Shown one piece after another: positions 1-13,393 of a stretch of DNA of 64,000 bases (its first letter is position 1; each line of letters starts with the position of its first letter). The position numbers were made by a program, and so were the translations under genes. The notes beneath the pieces were generated by a model. It saw nothing but the letters and a program-made list of their open reading frames with translations. It had not been told where the DNA came from and did not search any database. Origin of the DNA: Thelocarpon superellum. Its lineage: Eukaryota. The stretch covers positions 1 to 64,000 of the forward strand of contig JAPEUG010000038.1 of assembly GCA_026025795.1 (NCBI GenBank), read 5' to 3'.

Positions 1-870
1 GAGGGCGTAGGGACGGGACGGTAAAGGATGATGGGATTTCCTTCCGTACACATACTTTCAGAGGATTATGCCGTGGAAGCTTCGATATCCGGCCAGGGAG
101 GCCTTGAATCGTCCACGCCCTTTCTCACACCCACGTTCGCCCACATAAGCGATATATTCTGCGTCTGACGAGCCAAGCAAAGAGAGCACGAAACGAGATT
201 TCCGACCGAAGCCGCGTCGCCGAGCTGATACAGGTCGGGTAAACTGAAGTGAACTTTTGATTGGTGTCCAAGCCGCTCGACGTCGGGTCGTACCTACGGT
301 GGTACTGCCTACACCAGTGGTAGTTGATAGCGATGATGTAAATTCTTCCTGGATGGGCTATCCGTAAAGATGGCTATTCTGCAGATCTGCTTCGTGCTTC
401 GTCCCACGCTACCGCCAAAGCCGAAATATGATTTGCCAAGCCAAATGATCCGTTGGCCACGCTCGAAGCCAAGATTACGTTGACCAAGCCCAGACCGAAG
501 CCGAGACGGAGAATCGTAAGATTTCTCCGATTCCTTACTTTAGGTGCCAATGGTTCGCGTTCAATGACCGCGGTGATCAGCCGACATCGGTTTTCCACGA
601 TCATGCGGCTGCTCATCCAGAACGCCTGCTGAAGAATAGATTTCTTTAGCATTCACCGGCGACACCCATGTGAGAGAGATGCCTATGCATTTGCACCCAT
701 CCTTGAACGTGATGCACCGTTGGTGGCAATGACCGATGGTGAGCTGAGGCGCCTCATGCCAGCAACGGCCGTCGCTCTTCAGACCTACACCAAGTGACGG
801 CTGGCAGCCCCCGACCGTACGCCTTAGCTACGAACAGCATTCCACGGCATTCGACGGCATCACCGCCACG

Positions 871-3800
871 ATGCCGGCGCAGGTCCGTCAAGCTTGCTTC
901 CAGCCCATTTCCCCGCTGCTGGACCTAGACAAGCTTGTAGAGGAAACGGAGAGGTTCGAATATGTTCCTCGAGTCTCCTACGAGATGATGGAAGCCCAAG
1001 GCAGCGATGCACTGGAAAAGCTGATCCTGTTGCACGTCGTCCTGGGCGGCAAGCCGCTGGTCATCGAGGGCTTCCAAAACAAGCTACCCCGCCATCTCTT
1101 CAACCACACGTGGCTCGACGACAATTGGGGCAAACGAGGTAAGAGGACCTTGAGGCGACGTGAAGGTGGTGCCATACTGACCCATGCGTTCATCAGAGGA
1201 GAGCCCTCGCGATCTCGCTCGACAGCAGGACATGCCCATGACCGTCGGCAACTACCTCCGACATATGTCGAAGCTCACCGAGCAATGGCACGTCGACTCG
1301 CAAGCCTACTTGAACCCCGACGCGCAACGTCTCTACCTCAAGGATATCGACTGCCCCGACGCGTGGAGGGCCTACCTAAGCACCCTGATCCCGCCCAGCC
1401 TGTTCTACCTCAACGAGAGCACTGGCGAGCTCGGCGGCGCCGGTGCCACCGACGAGGAGCTCGAACCCTACTGCTCGAAGATCCGAGGGAGGGGCGCCGC
1501 TCCCGCCGGCGACCTCATGAGCAGCCTGCCCCCGAGCATGCGGGCCGAGAACATGATGTGTTACATTGGTCACGAAGGCACCTATACTCCCGCTCATCGA
1601 GAGATGTGCGCCAGCCTGGGCCATAATCTCATGGTCGAGACGTCGGGAATAGGAGTGGACCGATGGGGGAAGCTCGAACGCCCGGGGTCGTCTATCTGGT
1701 TCATGACGGAAACGAAGGATCGGCATCTCGTCTCGGAATACTGGCTGTCTATCCTGGGCCACGATATTGAGGTGGAAAATCACTTTGCACAGATCGCTGC
1801 GTGGAAAAATGCACCCTTCAAGACCTACGTCGTCGAACAACGAGTGGGCGACTTCATCTTGGTTCCGCCCTTGGCCCCCCACCAGGTCTGGAATCGTGGC
1901 ACTCGGACGATGAAGGTTGCCTGGAACCGGACCACAGTCGAGACGTTGGAAATGGCGCTGAGCGAAGCCCTGCCCCGCGCGCGTATGGTCTGTCGCGATG
2001 AGCAATACAAGAACAAGGCCATGATCTATCACACCATGATCAAGTACGCCGCTTTGTTGGCCCGCGTCCGTCCGACGCAAGACCCCGGGTGGAGCGCGGC
2101 CATGCGGGTCGAAATCCAGAATAGTCGAAAGATTGGTCAGTTGAAGAAGGACTTTCGACGACTCTATCACCTCTACACTGACCTCCTCCTCTCGGAGATG
2201 TTTGCGCCGGAGCGGACGGCGGAGAAGAAGGTAGACTTTGTCGCGTTCGATAGCAACATCACCTGCTCCTTCTGTCGCTGCAACATCTTCAATCGCTTCT
2301 TGACGTGCAAGTCATGCATCGAGACGGACGGAGCCGACGAAGACGCGTATGATGTGTGCATGGAATGCTACGCCATGGGCCGAAGCTGCGCCTGCGTTTC
2401 GGGCCTGACCTGGGTGGAGCAGTTTCAGTGGAAGGAACTCACGGAGCGGCATGACGCTTGGCGGCGTCTCGTCATCGAACTCGACGGCGGCATCACCGAC
2501 GCGTCACCGCTACCACTGGCGGAGGCCCGGAAGCGTCTGGCCGTGAAGACGCTGGCGCAGATCTGCCAGGAACAACTAAAGATACGGCCCTGGCGAGATC
2601 ACACGAGAGCGCTCACACCGGAGGAGGATTCCGCAGACGAAGAAAATCCCCCGGAGACCGACGACAAGGGGCGCAAACGGAAACGACGGACCAGCAATCG
2701 GAGCGGGGCGTGGAAGAAGCGTCACGCAAACTGCCACATTTGCAAACACCAGGAGGTGCGGTGGAAGTTGGCGCGTTGCGAGTGTGGACTCTCCTATTGC
2801 TACGGTACCCTCTTCCGCGCCTTCGATCTGAAGCCTCGTGACATAATGGAGAATCCGAAGTGGCAATGTCCGCGGTGTCTCAGCATCTGCTCCTGCGGCG
2901 CATGTCGCAAGGATCCCGCCCAACGACCCCATGATCCCAAGGGGACATTGGTGGGACATGATACCAGGCTGGTCGCGGACCCGCGCAGTGTCGAGAGCCT
3001 GGTCGACTTCAGCCGCTCCAACCTGACTTGGATCAAGGAACCCCACGAGAGCGAGTCGCCCTATGAGACGATCCGCTTGCAGCGTTTTCGTGAGCAGGCG
3101 GAGCGCGAGAAGGCTCGTGACGAGACTCTCAACGACGCCTACGTCGATAACGACGACGACGACGACGCCGCCGCTGTCCCGTCGGGACATGGTAGCGATA
3201 TGCCCATGGATGACGCTGCGCTTGAATTATCGTCTAACCATATCGAGGATCTGCCTATTGATCCTCTGCTGCAGTCTTTTCCCGAGGCTCTCCCCGTGCA
3301 ACAATCGCTCTCATCGACCGACCCGGAGGCGCAGATCGGTGGCACGCAGGACGAGGTGGGAGACGTCAAGGCCGGATTGCCCGACTGGACTCGTCTCGAT
3401 CGAGCGGCGGAGGAAAGCCAATCAGCTCAAAGGGCCCCAACCGTCACTGAAGCAACGGCGGATCCTTCGTCCTCGATACTCGAGCCAAATTCGTCGGCCC
3501 TCCTCGCCTCCGCTGGGCTCGCCATCCTGGACGGAGGCGAGCCAGATGAACGGACCAGCCCGCCCAGGTCCGGAGCCCCAACCGCGGTAAAGGTCCTGGA
3601 TAGTTCGCCACACGCCAGCAATCTTCTGAAGGTGCATCCAAATACTTCTGCGGTCACCACGCACGTACGAGCCCCGCCTCGCATGGTACCGACACCGCGT
3701 CGACGAAAGCGCTCGAGTCAGGATGCGGCGAACGGAGATCTAGCGGAAGCGAATCGTCAATTCCAGCAAGCGCAGATGCACCAGACGCTGGCAGATGCGA

Positions 3801-4822
3801 AGAAGACGGACAGTTTCACCATGACGCAGGCGCGCCTTCAGGGCAAATCCCGCATCGTGCAGCTTCCCCTTGGCGCACCGAGCTTTCAACAGTTGAAGCA
3901 AGATTCCCGGGAGCCCCAAGTTGATACGTGGCAGTCGGGCGTGGGTGGTGATGGTAGTCATGATGGCACGGGTCTACAATCTGTCGTTCCTTCCATTACG
4001 GCTCCTCGAATTAGGGCCTCGAGAACGCCTTCCATCAACAACGCCAAGCGAACTCCTCCCCATTCTGAGGATGATCCATCGGCCCGCAAGCAAGTCAGAC
4101 GCCCGACACAAGCCTCGCCAAATCTCAAGGGTACGCATCTGAGTCGGAGCTTAGGTGGCCGCCAGTCCCGAACCTTTGAAGATGAGGAGTCCCAAGGTGC
4201 ATCTGCGACTCCCTCGGGGAGTGCGTCGGACGGTGCCTCTGGAGACCACAGTCGATCCTCGACCAATGGCCGGGCAACCAGCTCCAAGGCCCGTCCCACA
4301 CGTCAGATGGCGCGTGAGGTGGCCTGGCTCGCTCGCCGTGAGCAAAAAGCACAGGATAAGGTGAAAGCACCGCGTCCCACGAATGGTGCGCCGGTCTCGA
4401 TGCGATACCAGTCGGCGGCCAAGGCTACCCCAGCAACATCCCCCGGCTCCGAGACAGAAGAGGAAGTCTACATGGAAGTTGACGACGACTACAATCCCAT
4501 CGAGCTAGTCACGGCCTCTTTGAAGCGAGAGAAGGTATCGCGATCATCGGTGACGCCGGCGACTTCTAGTCCCCCTCAACGGAAGAGGCATCGTCGATCA
4601 AAGTCGACGAATGGGAACGGCACGGACAGCACCCGGACGCTGACAGCGAAGCAAGCCAAGAAGGCCACTGTTGATCCGTATCACGACGCCAAGGCGATGG
4701 CGCTGCGTGTTGCGCAAGGGGAAGGTGGAAGTCTATCGGAGGAGTCTGACTCCAACGCCACCAGCGACGACAGGAGAAGGAGAAATAGAAGAGGAGGGGG
4801 GGATGTGATGCTTCGGTCCTGA
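871..4822 (+). CDS. JmjC-domain protein with Cys-rich zinc-finger regions (putative demethylase/hydroxylase); 2 exons
   Basis: Exon 871-1138, intron 1139-1196 (GTAAGA...ACTGAC...CAG), then the 1212-aa frame. JmjC signature YIGHEGTYTPAHREMCASLGHN (HxE) and GDFILVPPLAPHQVWN (distal His). CxxC clusters CSFCRC, CHIC and CPRCLSICSCGAC. Long disordered C-terminus. Confidence 0.9.
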
Positions 4823-6623
4823 CGTCAACCGCATACCATGCTGTTCCACTGGACGGTTTCTTGCTTTGACGTGTTCTAGTTGAAGCGAAGCGAAGCGTAG
4901 CGTAGCGAGGGCGCAGGTTGCAATCGCAGTCGGGTCAGCGCGGGCCTGTACATGAGAGTCCCACTACTGCGAACGAAGAGCCAGAAAGCCTTGCTATTCT
5001 CGCCAGGAGGCTCACTCTCGTAGATCAACTACGACAGGCGATGAACCGCGGTGGGAGGGTGTTTCTGACGTGCCCTGACAGGTCTCTTCGCGGCCGGAAG
5101 GAGCGTAGAACGACAGCACGGGCCCTGCCCGATGGCCTCCAGGGCGCAGGGCGGAATGCATGAGCATCGACGGGCAACGTTGCCTCAAGCGGATGATCTG
5201 GGGATGATGCGGCTTGAGGCTCTGCAATTACTCGTTGTGGCTAGGGTGTGGATCGCTTCGGCGGCCTCGTAGCGCGCCCTCGACCCCTGATTAACCGCTC
5301 GTTACCCCTCGCTCGACTGGGCTGAAACACTGAGCGGTGGAAGCGTCAGTCCTCGCCAAGCTTCGGTCAGCATCGCCCGGCATTGTTCACCACGTGTGAC
5401 CACATCATCTGCAATATTACGCCGTCTCCTTCGAAGTGACCGCTGACTCGGCTGGCTGACCAGAGGGCCGGTCACGATTCACACGGCGAGGGAAATTGCC
5501 TAAGCTGTGTGACGTGGTAAATGAGTGGCATGGTCGCGGATGCTGGTCGAGGGTGCAGTTGAATTATGTTTTGGAGCGACGCGCCAATGATGCGCGCAAC
5601 CTCACCGACGACAAGCACCAGTGGCACAAATGACACGAAAAAGGTTTGTGCCTCAGGTTTTCTGTTTGCGGTTGTGGACGTCAGCCTTCTCGTGGTGATT
5701 GGATGCAAATCGGGCCAAACCGTTGCCCGACCCGGGTGGCCGTAGACACCTGCTGGGGCATGCCACTGGGGTACGAGGTACTACTCGCACCGGCACACGG
5801 AGTAAAATGGCTCTGAGTACCTAAAGGACCCCGGGGGTCGAGCGGCTAGGCGATATCCAGGGGGTCGAGCACGCGGCGTGGCAGCACGGGCAGCCTGTCG
5901 ACGCCGGCGCCCGGGGACGAATGCTCTTACTCGTACTCGTGCTCGCACCCCTGCCTACACCGCCAGACGGTTGCCAAGTTCAGGCGTCGAAGTGTCCGTG
6001 TGGAGGGACAAGTCACCACTCACGTAGGCGTAACGGGTGTGTCGGGTTGAAGCGAGAGACACAGCCCCTGTCGCTAAACCCGGAGTGCCCCAAGCTCCAA
6101 CCCGCGGCCGCCACGCTTTAGCGCACTGGCACCCGATTCGTCTCGCTGCTCTTGCAGGTCGAGTCGGCAGCGGGCCCCTGATGTTCTTCGTTCGTTCGGC
6201 GATCCGCCCCACTTCACTCAACAGAGTCTTTCTCCGTCGCTCTCGTCCTCCGCCTCTCTCCGTTTGCATCTTCTCCCACGGCTTGAGGTCTGGTTGAATC
6301 TCGTCACTCTTTTGCACCCTACACTGTCCTTACACCGGCTCGTCTGTGTGCCCGACCAGCTCGTTCAGCTTCATTTCTCCACCTTGTGATTTTTTTTCTC
6401 AGGCCTTCCCGTCTACTCATACGCGACTTCCGCTACCGCTTCAAATTGTTTCGTCGATCATCCAGACAATCCTCGCACCAAGATCCGCATCACTGTCTCG
6501 TGTCGCTAGTCGATACCGCAGCCGTCCAGGTGTCTACTTGCCCGAGCCATTTGAACCCATCCTCCACCTTGGACTATTCAGCGTCCAGCATCCACCGCAG
6601 GTTCGGTCCCGACCTCACCGACA

Positions 6624-7468
6624 ATGAAGGTCAACGGTATCTTGTCGCTGGCGGCGCTATGCTCCATCGTCACGGCTGCGCCGTTGGAGAAGCGGGACAT
6701 TTCCACACATACGGTCAGCTTCTTGGAGATTGAGACGGCCGTGGTGACCACGACCATCTTCATCAACCCCACCGGCGGTGCATCTTTGGCTCCCGTGGTC
6801 CCGGCTGCTACTCCTGCTCCTCCTCCGGCTGCGGCTTCTCCGCCGCAAGCTCCAGCTCCAGCTCCGGTCCCCGCCCCGGCTCCGAGCCCATCTCCCAAGC
6901 CCGCGCCTCCGCCGCCAGCCCCACCGGCGCCGTCCCATCCGGCTCCTGAACCACAGGTGGCAGCGGTCAAGGCGGCCGCTCCACCGCCTGCGCCGGTCGC
7001 CAGCTCGGCGCCGGCTCCCCCGACTACACCCAAGGTCCCGGCTCTGCAATCGTTGTCAGGTACGGCCATCAGCCAGAGCGGATCTTGTTCGTCCAGCAGT
7101 CCTTGCACGGGTGACTTGACGACGTACGACGTGGGATTGGGAGCTTGTGGCCAGACCAGCACGCCAGACCAAGCGGTGGTGGCGCTATCGTATGAATTGA
7201 TGGGAACCCAATCCAACGGGAACCCGTTCTGCGGCAAGTCCATCACGATTGAGTATGGCGGCGTGACCAAGACGGCGACGGTGGTGGACAAGTGCATGGG
7301 ATGTGTAAGTGATGTTTTCTTCAGGACGGTTCAAGCTCAAGCTCAAGCTCAAGCTGATGCTAATGTGATGGTGAATAGGAATACGGATCTGTTGATCTTT
7401 CTACGTCGCTGTACAATGCATTTGGATTCGACGGACGAGCTCACGGGGCGCACTGGTACTTCAATTAG
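6624..7468 (+). CDS. Secreted RlpA-like double-psi beta-barrel (expansin/loosenin/Asp f 7-like) protein; 2 exons
   Basis: Signal peptide MKVNGILSLAALCSIVTA, Kex2-like LEKR, Pro/Ala-rich linker, then GDLTTYDVGLGACG...VVAL...NPFCGKSITI...ATVVDKCMGC. Intron 7305-7378 (GTAAGT...GCTAAT...TAG). Last exon reads EYGSVDLSTSLYNAFGFDGRAHGAHWYFN*. Confidence 0.9.
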
Positions 7469-7996
7469 TAGGACCGCCACCACCACCGAGTCTCCCAAAG
7501 ATATGAGGGATCAAAGACGACACAACCCAAATTCACTTCACATCTTCACTTCTCCACCCACCTTCGCTTGTCAACTTTGACCTCGACCGATTTTCCCTCG
7601 GATCTTGGAAGCAGCACGTTATGGAGTCTTTTTTTGAAGGGTGCGGGTGCGATCCAGGAAATGGGAGTGGAGCAAAAGAGATGAGGATGGAGATGGGTGT
7701 GCAGTGGAGAGAGTGGGCGCGATGGACGGTATGATGCCAAGAGCGCGCATATGGAAGCGAAGAAGGGAGGGGAAGAAGAAATGAGGAGGAAGGCATGATC
7801 TCGACCGTGTCCACTCATCTGAAGTGCATCTTCGCTCTCATTCTGTCTCTCAACCTGCATGTATTTGGCTTGTTTCCACCCGGGCTCACATTTCCCGCAC
7901 CTTCCATACCCACAACTCCCACTACCACTTCCACTCTCACTCCTATTGAGCCACAACATCTGAATCAAATGAACATACTCCGTACTTATTTACCCC

Positions 7997-9212
<1,216 letters not shown>

Positions 9213-9887
9213 GATTGATGGAAGATGTGACGAGCGGTGAGAACGTGGATGAGATGAGGTTGACCGCTAAAGGAGTGGCGGGATCACAGATGCGCGTGAG
9301 GCAGGAAAGGTCGACTTCCACTGCCGCGCGAAAGAGTGCCAAGATCAAGATCGATATATTCTACATGAACAGATGGACCAAGCGCAAGACGATGATGAAT
9401 TTGTCCTCCTGGGTCATTTCGTACATGGGCGGTTTGTTGCCGTCTTTCATCGGCCTCCGTTCTTCCGTCATGCTCCTGGCGCCGAACTCGGTTGTTGTAC
9501 TCGTACCTCGGATCCCGCAGCCAATTAGAACATCTGAATTACGAATCCGCAGAGACCGGACATGCGACATGACACAAACCCAACTAATCACGGAGGACTC
9601 CCCTACACATCTGTCACCATTTTCTCGTACCATGAACTACTCTTTTACATCATATCCCTACGAATCATTTTCCTCATGACATCTTGCTACTGATGCGGCC
9701 TAATTTCCAGATGCCGACTCCGATTTCTCCTTTGGCGAAAGCCACAGCCAGACTAGGCGAGTACGGACGACTTGGATATGTTAAACAGGACCGTCCCGAC
9801 CCTTGCACCACGATAGATATCTCAGCTGTGTAGTACGCCACTAAACCCGCTTGAGGATACAATGCCTATTCCTCGCATATGTCCTGG

Positions 9888-10908
9888 TCAAACGATCTCC
9901 GAGGCTGCCGAAGCCGAGCCCGTCTTCTCTGGTTCAACAGGTGCCGCGGACACTGGAACATTACTGGTCGGTGCCACCACCTTCGGTACCCACCGTCCAG
10001 GATGGTAGTAGGCCAGGACCCAGACGGCCATGATCATGGGGGCAAACTCGAGCGCGCCAAAGAGCGCCTCATGCGTGCTCGCAAATCCACCCACCCCTTG
10101 CGCCGTCTCCGACAGGCGGAAGACGGTGCGGAGGAAGACGAGAAGACTGGCGACGCCGACGGCAAGGAGAAACGGTTGCTTGCTAGCGTACTGGCGCGTG
10201 AAGTGAGAGTCCGACCTCAGAGCGTTCACAAAAGAGCCGTAGAGGCCGAGGAAGATGATGAAGGCAAAGGATTGAACGGCAAGTCCGGCCAACAGCACGT
10301 CGTTCGCCTCGTCCGGGCTCTGGCCATTCGACTCCGCCGTCCCGATGGACGCGGCGCCGGCAATCTGCATGATGGTGGTAAAGGCGTCGATGGTGATGAA
10401 AATCCAGAGGATCACCTTCGGTCGTAGATGGCGTCGCGACTGGACATCGAAGCCTTCCGTCTCGGCCCATCGGATCAGCCTACTGAGGCAGACGTAGATG
10501 CTGGCCGAGATAAAGACGGGCGCGACGACGATGAAGAAGTACTGGATGACAAAATAGTCGACCGAGTAAGGATCCTTTTTGGAAGAGAGTGTCCGTCCCA
10601 CGTAGCCCACGACCTCCATGAGACAGGCAAAGGTGAGGGGGATGAAGGACCACATTCGATATCGCCTTACTTGATAGGCATGGACCACAAACGAGGGGAC
10701 GAAGAGGGCGATTGCGAGCGCGCAGAGCACGAGATTCGGGACATATCTGCGGGGTCGCGTCAGCGGCGGTCTCTGCCATGGCACTGCGGGCATCGTACCC
10801 GTAGATGATGATCTTAGCATCATTGGGGCCATTTGGATTGGGAAAATTCGGATCCACGTAGCCAAAATGAGACGCCCGAGGGGCCGGAGGCGCAGTGTTC
10901 ATGGCCAT
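9888..10908 (-). CDS. RTA1-like (lipid-translocating exporter family) 7-TM membrane protein; 2 exons
   Basis: Start MAMNTAP..., intron 10747-10798 joins IIIYG to YVPNL. RTA1 motifs EVVGYVGR, FFIVVAPVFISASIYVCLSRLI, RTVFRLSETAQG, FGALEFAPM and YHPGRW. Confidence 0.9.
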
Positions 10909-13393
10909 CGTGGCGGAACGCGTCAGAGACCAAGCCCGGTACTGCACAAGGCAAGAATCCTGTACTGCCGTCGTCCGCTTGAGCGCGCTTTCGAGAGGCT
11001 CAAGTGTTCCCAATTTTCTGACGGCTCATTGGCAAGGGAAGGCTCTCAAGTAATAGCCGGGGAGACGATAACCTTCTCCTTCGAAAAGGTGGCCTCGAAT
11101 GGAAGGAAGAAGAGCCGACGGGCATGTTATCATGGCTCCGTGGTCCACATGCACTCGAAACTCGGCCAAAACTCCTTCCGGCTACACACCCGCAGGGATC
11201 ATGGAATGGTGAGGTAACGGTGGGATAGCCTTTCGGGAGGCGGAATCACGAACGTCCGCTCAACGCTAGGCCGATGGGCGCCCTCCCGCGGGCCACGCGT
11301 ACCAAAGTAAGTCAGGGCTCCATTAGCGTGACGACGTCTGTCAGGTCACGTCACCACGTGAGGTCGTTTACTTTGCGTCGTCACCGCATTACCATCTCGT
11401 CGCGAAACTCGTGTCCAGACAGACTCAATTACATCCACATACAATGAGACGCCTCTTGACGTCGGTCTGGCCTGTTGCTCGACTTGGCACCTGGCTACTA
11501 TATCGAGCATCCTAGATAACCAACCTATCATGGCCAGGGCACGAGGGGAGCACACCCTGACAGCACACAATGCCCAACTGGTCACCTGCTATCCCCAACA
11601 ACTTGCATATGCTGTACTCGTAATCACCCAGTACTAGATGACGAGTTGCAGGAGACAACGGCACCATGAAACGAAGATTTGAAAGAAGCTAGCTAGTGCA
11701 TATTTGTGGACTCCCATGCTGTGCATGAGCGAGAACCTCTGCGCAGCTTCCATGATGTGATCTGGATGGACAGTTGGGGATCACTGCTGCTGCTGCTGCT
11801 TTCACGCCCTCAAGGCGGAGGCACAGCATCGAGAAACAACCAACCAAACCTGGGCGACACGTCTGTGCCCCGCATCTGAGGCAGAATTCTTTTCTCCACT
11901 GCTACGCGAGGGCGGTCGGATGTCTCACAGTCGAGACTGGTGGACGCAAGACTACCAGTGGTAGTCTTGTGTGTGGTAGTAGTCTCCGCACCCTCTAGAG
12001 CGTAGACTAACCACGCTGATTTACCTGCACACGAACATAGCATGATAGGGCCCCCCTGTTTCTTGAGCACAGCTAATGGGGGCTCCCCTCTGTACCGAGT
12101 GGGTAGTCTGGAGTACTCCCTATGATATCGCCTATATATTCAGAGTTGTCCAGCGTGCCTCCAAGCACAATGACTGTCCAAAGAATAGAATAGTGTTTCC
12201 TTCCATGGTACAAGTACTTCTCGTAGAGATGGAGAAGCGCAGACCAGGGTCCACTAGTGGTGACGTGGATCAGGGAGCGCCCTGTCGTTCGCGAATCTCG
12301 CTCCTCCTAGCCCGGCTCTAGTGATCGCCGAGCCGCCCCGCGACCAGGTACTCTCGCACGTACTTGGAATATTGCCGCTCAGCGCGCGACGAGCCGCCGG
12401 ACATGGTAGGATTGGGCAAGACATGTTATGCCTTCGGCAGGATGATTCTGAGTTGATTCTTCTATCTAATTAGGTAGTTGGCCAACAGTGGGATAGACCC
12501 AGGCTAATTCTGGGATCACCTGGCTGTACAGTCAGGCGCCCACGTGACAAGACACTTACTAATACTGTCATATGATCGCTGCGACGGAGACCGATGATTC
12601 CCCAAACAAGTCGAGATCATTGGTGTAGGGGACTTGAAGTAACGCATCCCGCTTTCTGCTGACATCAGTCTTCTACTATTTCTACTCGTCGTGATACGTT
12701 GTGGTGACAAAACATGGGCCCGTCAGGTGGAGAAGGGCAGACGCGCGTGAGAGTTCGGGAGGCTCAAGGACCCAGCTGCGCGGTGCTATCCACTTCATCT
12801 CGATCATCGACTCCCACTCATCTGTCCAACAGACGCTTGCGTTCGAACAGCCTAACTACATTTGCCCTGCTGGTCTTATAGAATGTCCCGTCGTCCGCCT
12901 TCCTACACTGCCAGTCTCCCTTTTCCGGGTCGCTTGTTCGCACAGCACATCGCAGCTGGTCGCAGACATCGCTGGGACCCTAACTAGCTGGGGCGTTCGT
13001 GACATGATACCTCGAGTGGATATCGTCGCGAGAAGTCCCGTTGAATCTCACAGTCTTACGGGTATGGATGTGGTTGGCTCCGGTCCGGTCCGGGTATACT
13101 TTCACCATCTGGGCAGTAGTCAGCCGCACATCGCGGCCGTGGCCCGTTTTGGACTCCGGCTCCGCTCTGCGCACCCCCTGGCCAGGGATTCCGCCAACCT
13201 CTCGTTTTTGGCAGGCGATAAACCGCGTCGCGTATCGAACACGTGATCGATGTGACTTCCCATGGCTCGTATTGGGAAGCACTTGTGCGAAGCACGAGAT
13301 TTGACATTGGTCATACCTGGGTCTCGCATATACAGAGGCAGACCGATCGACCGACAGACGCCTCGCCGCAAAGATTGGACACATCATCCAACA

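Noticed and set aside
1..700. 92-aa minus-strand ORF (374-652) and a donor-like GTATGT near position 55
   Set aside because: No recognisable motif and no consistent spliced model within the window.
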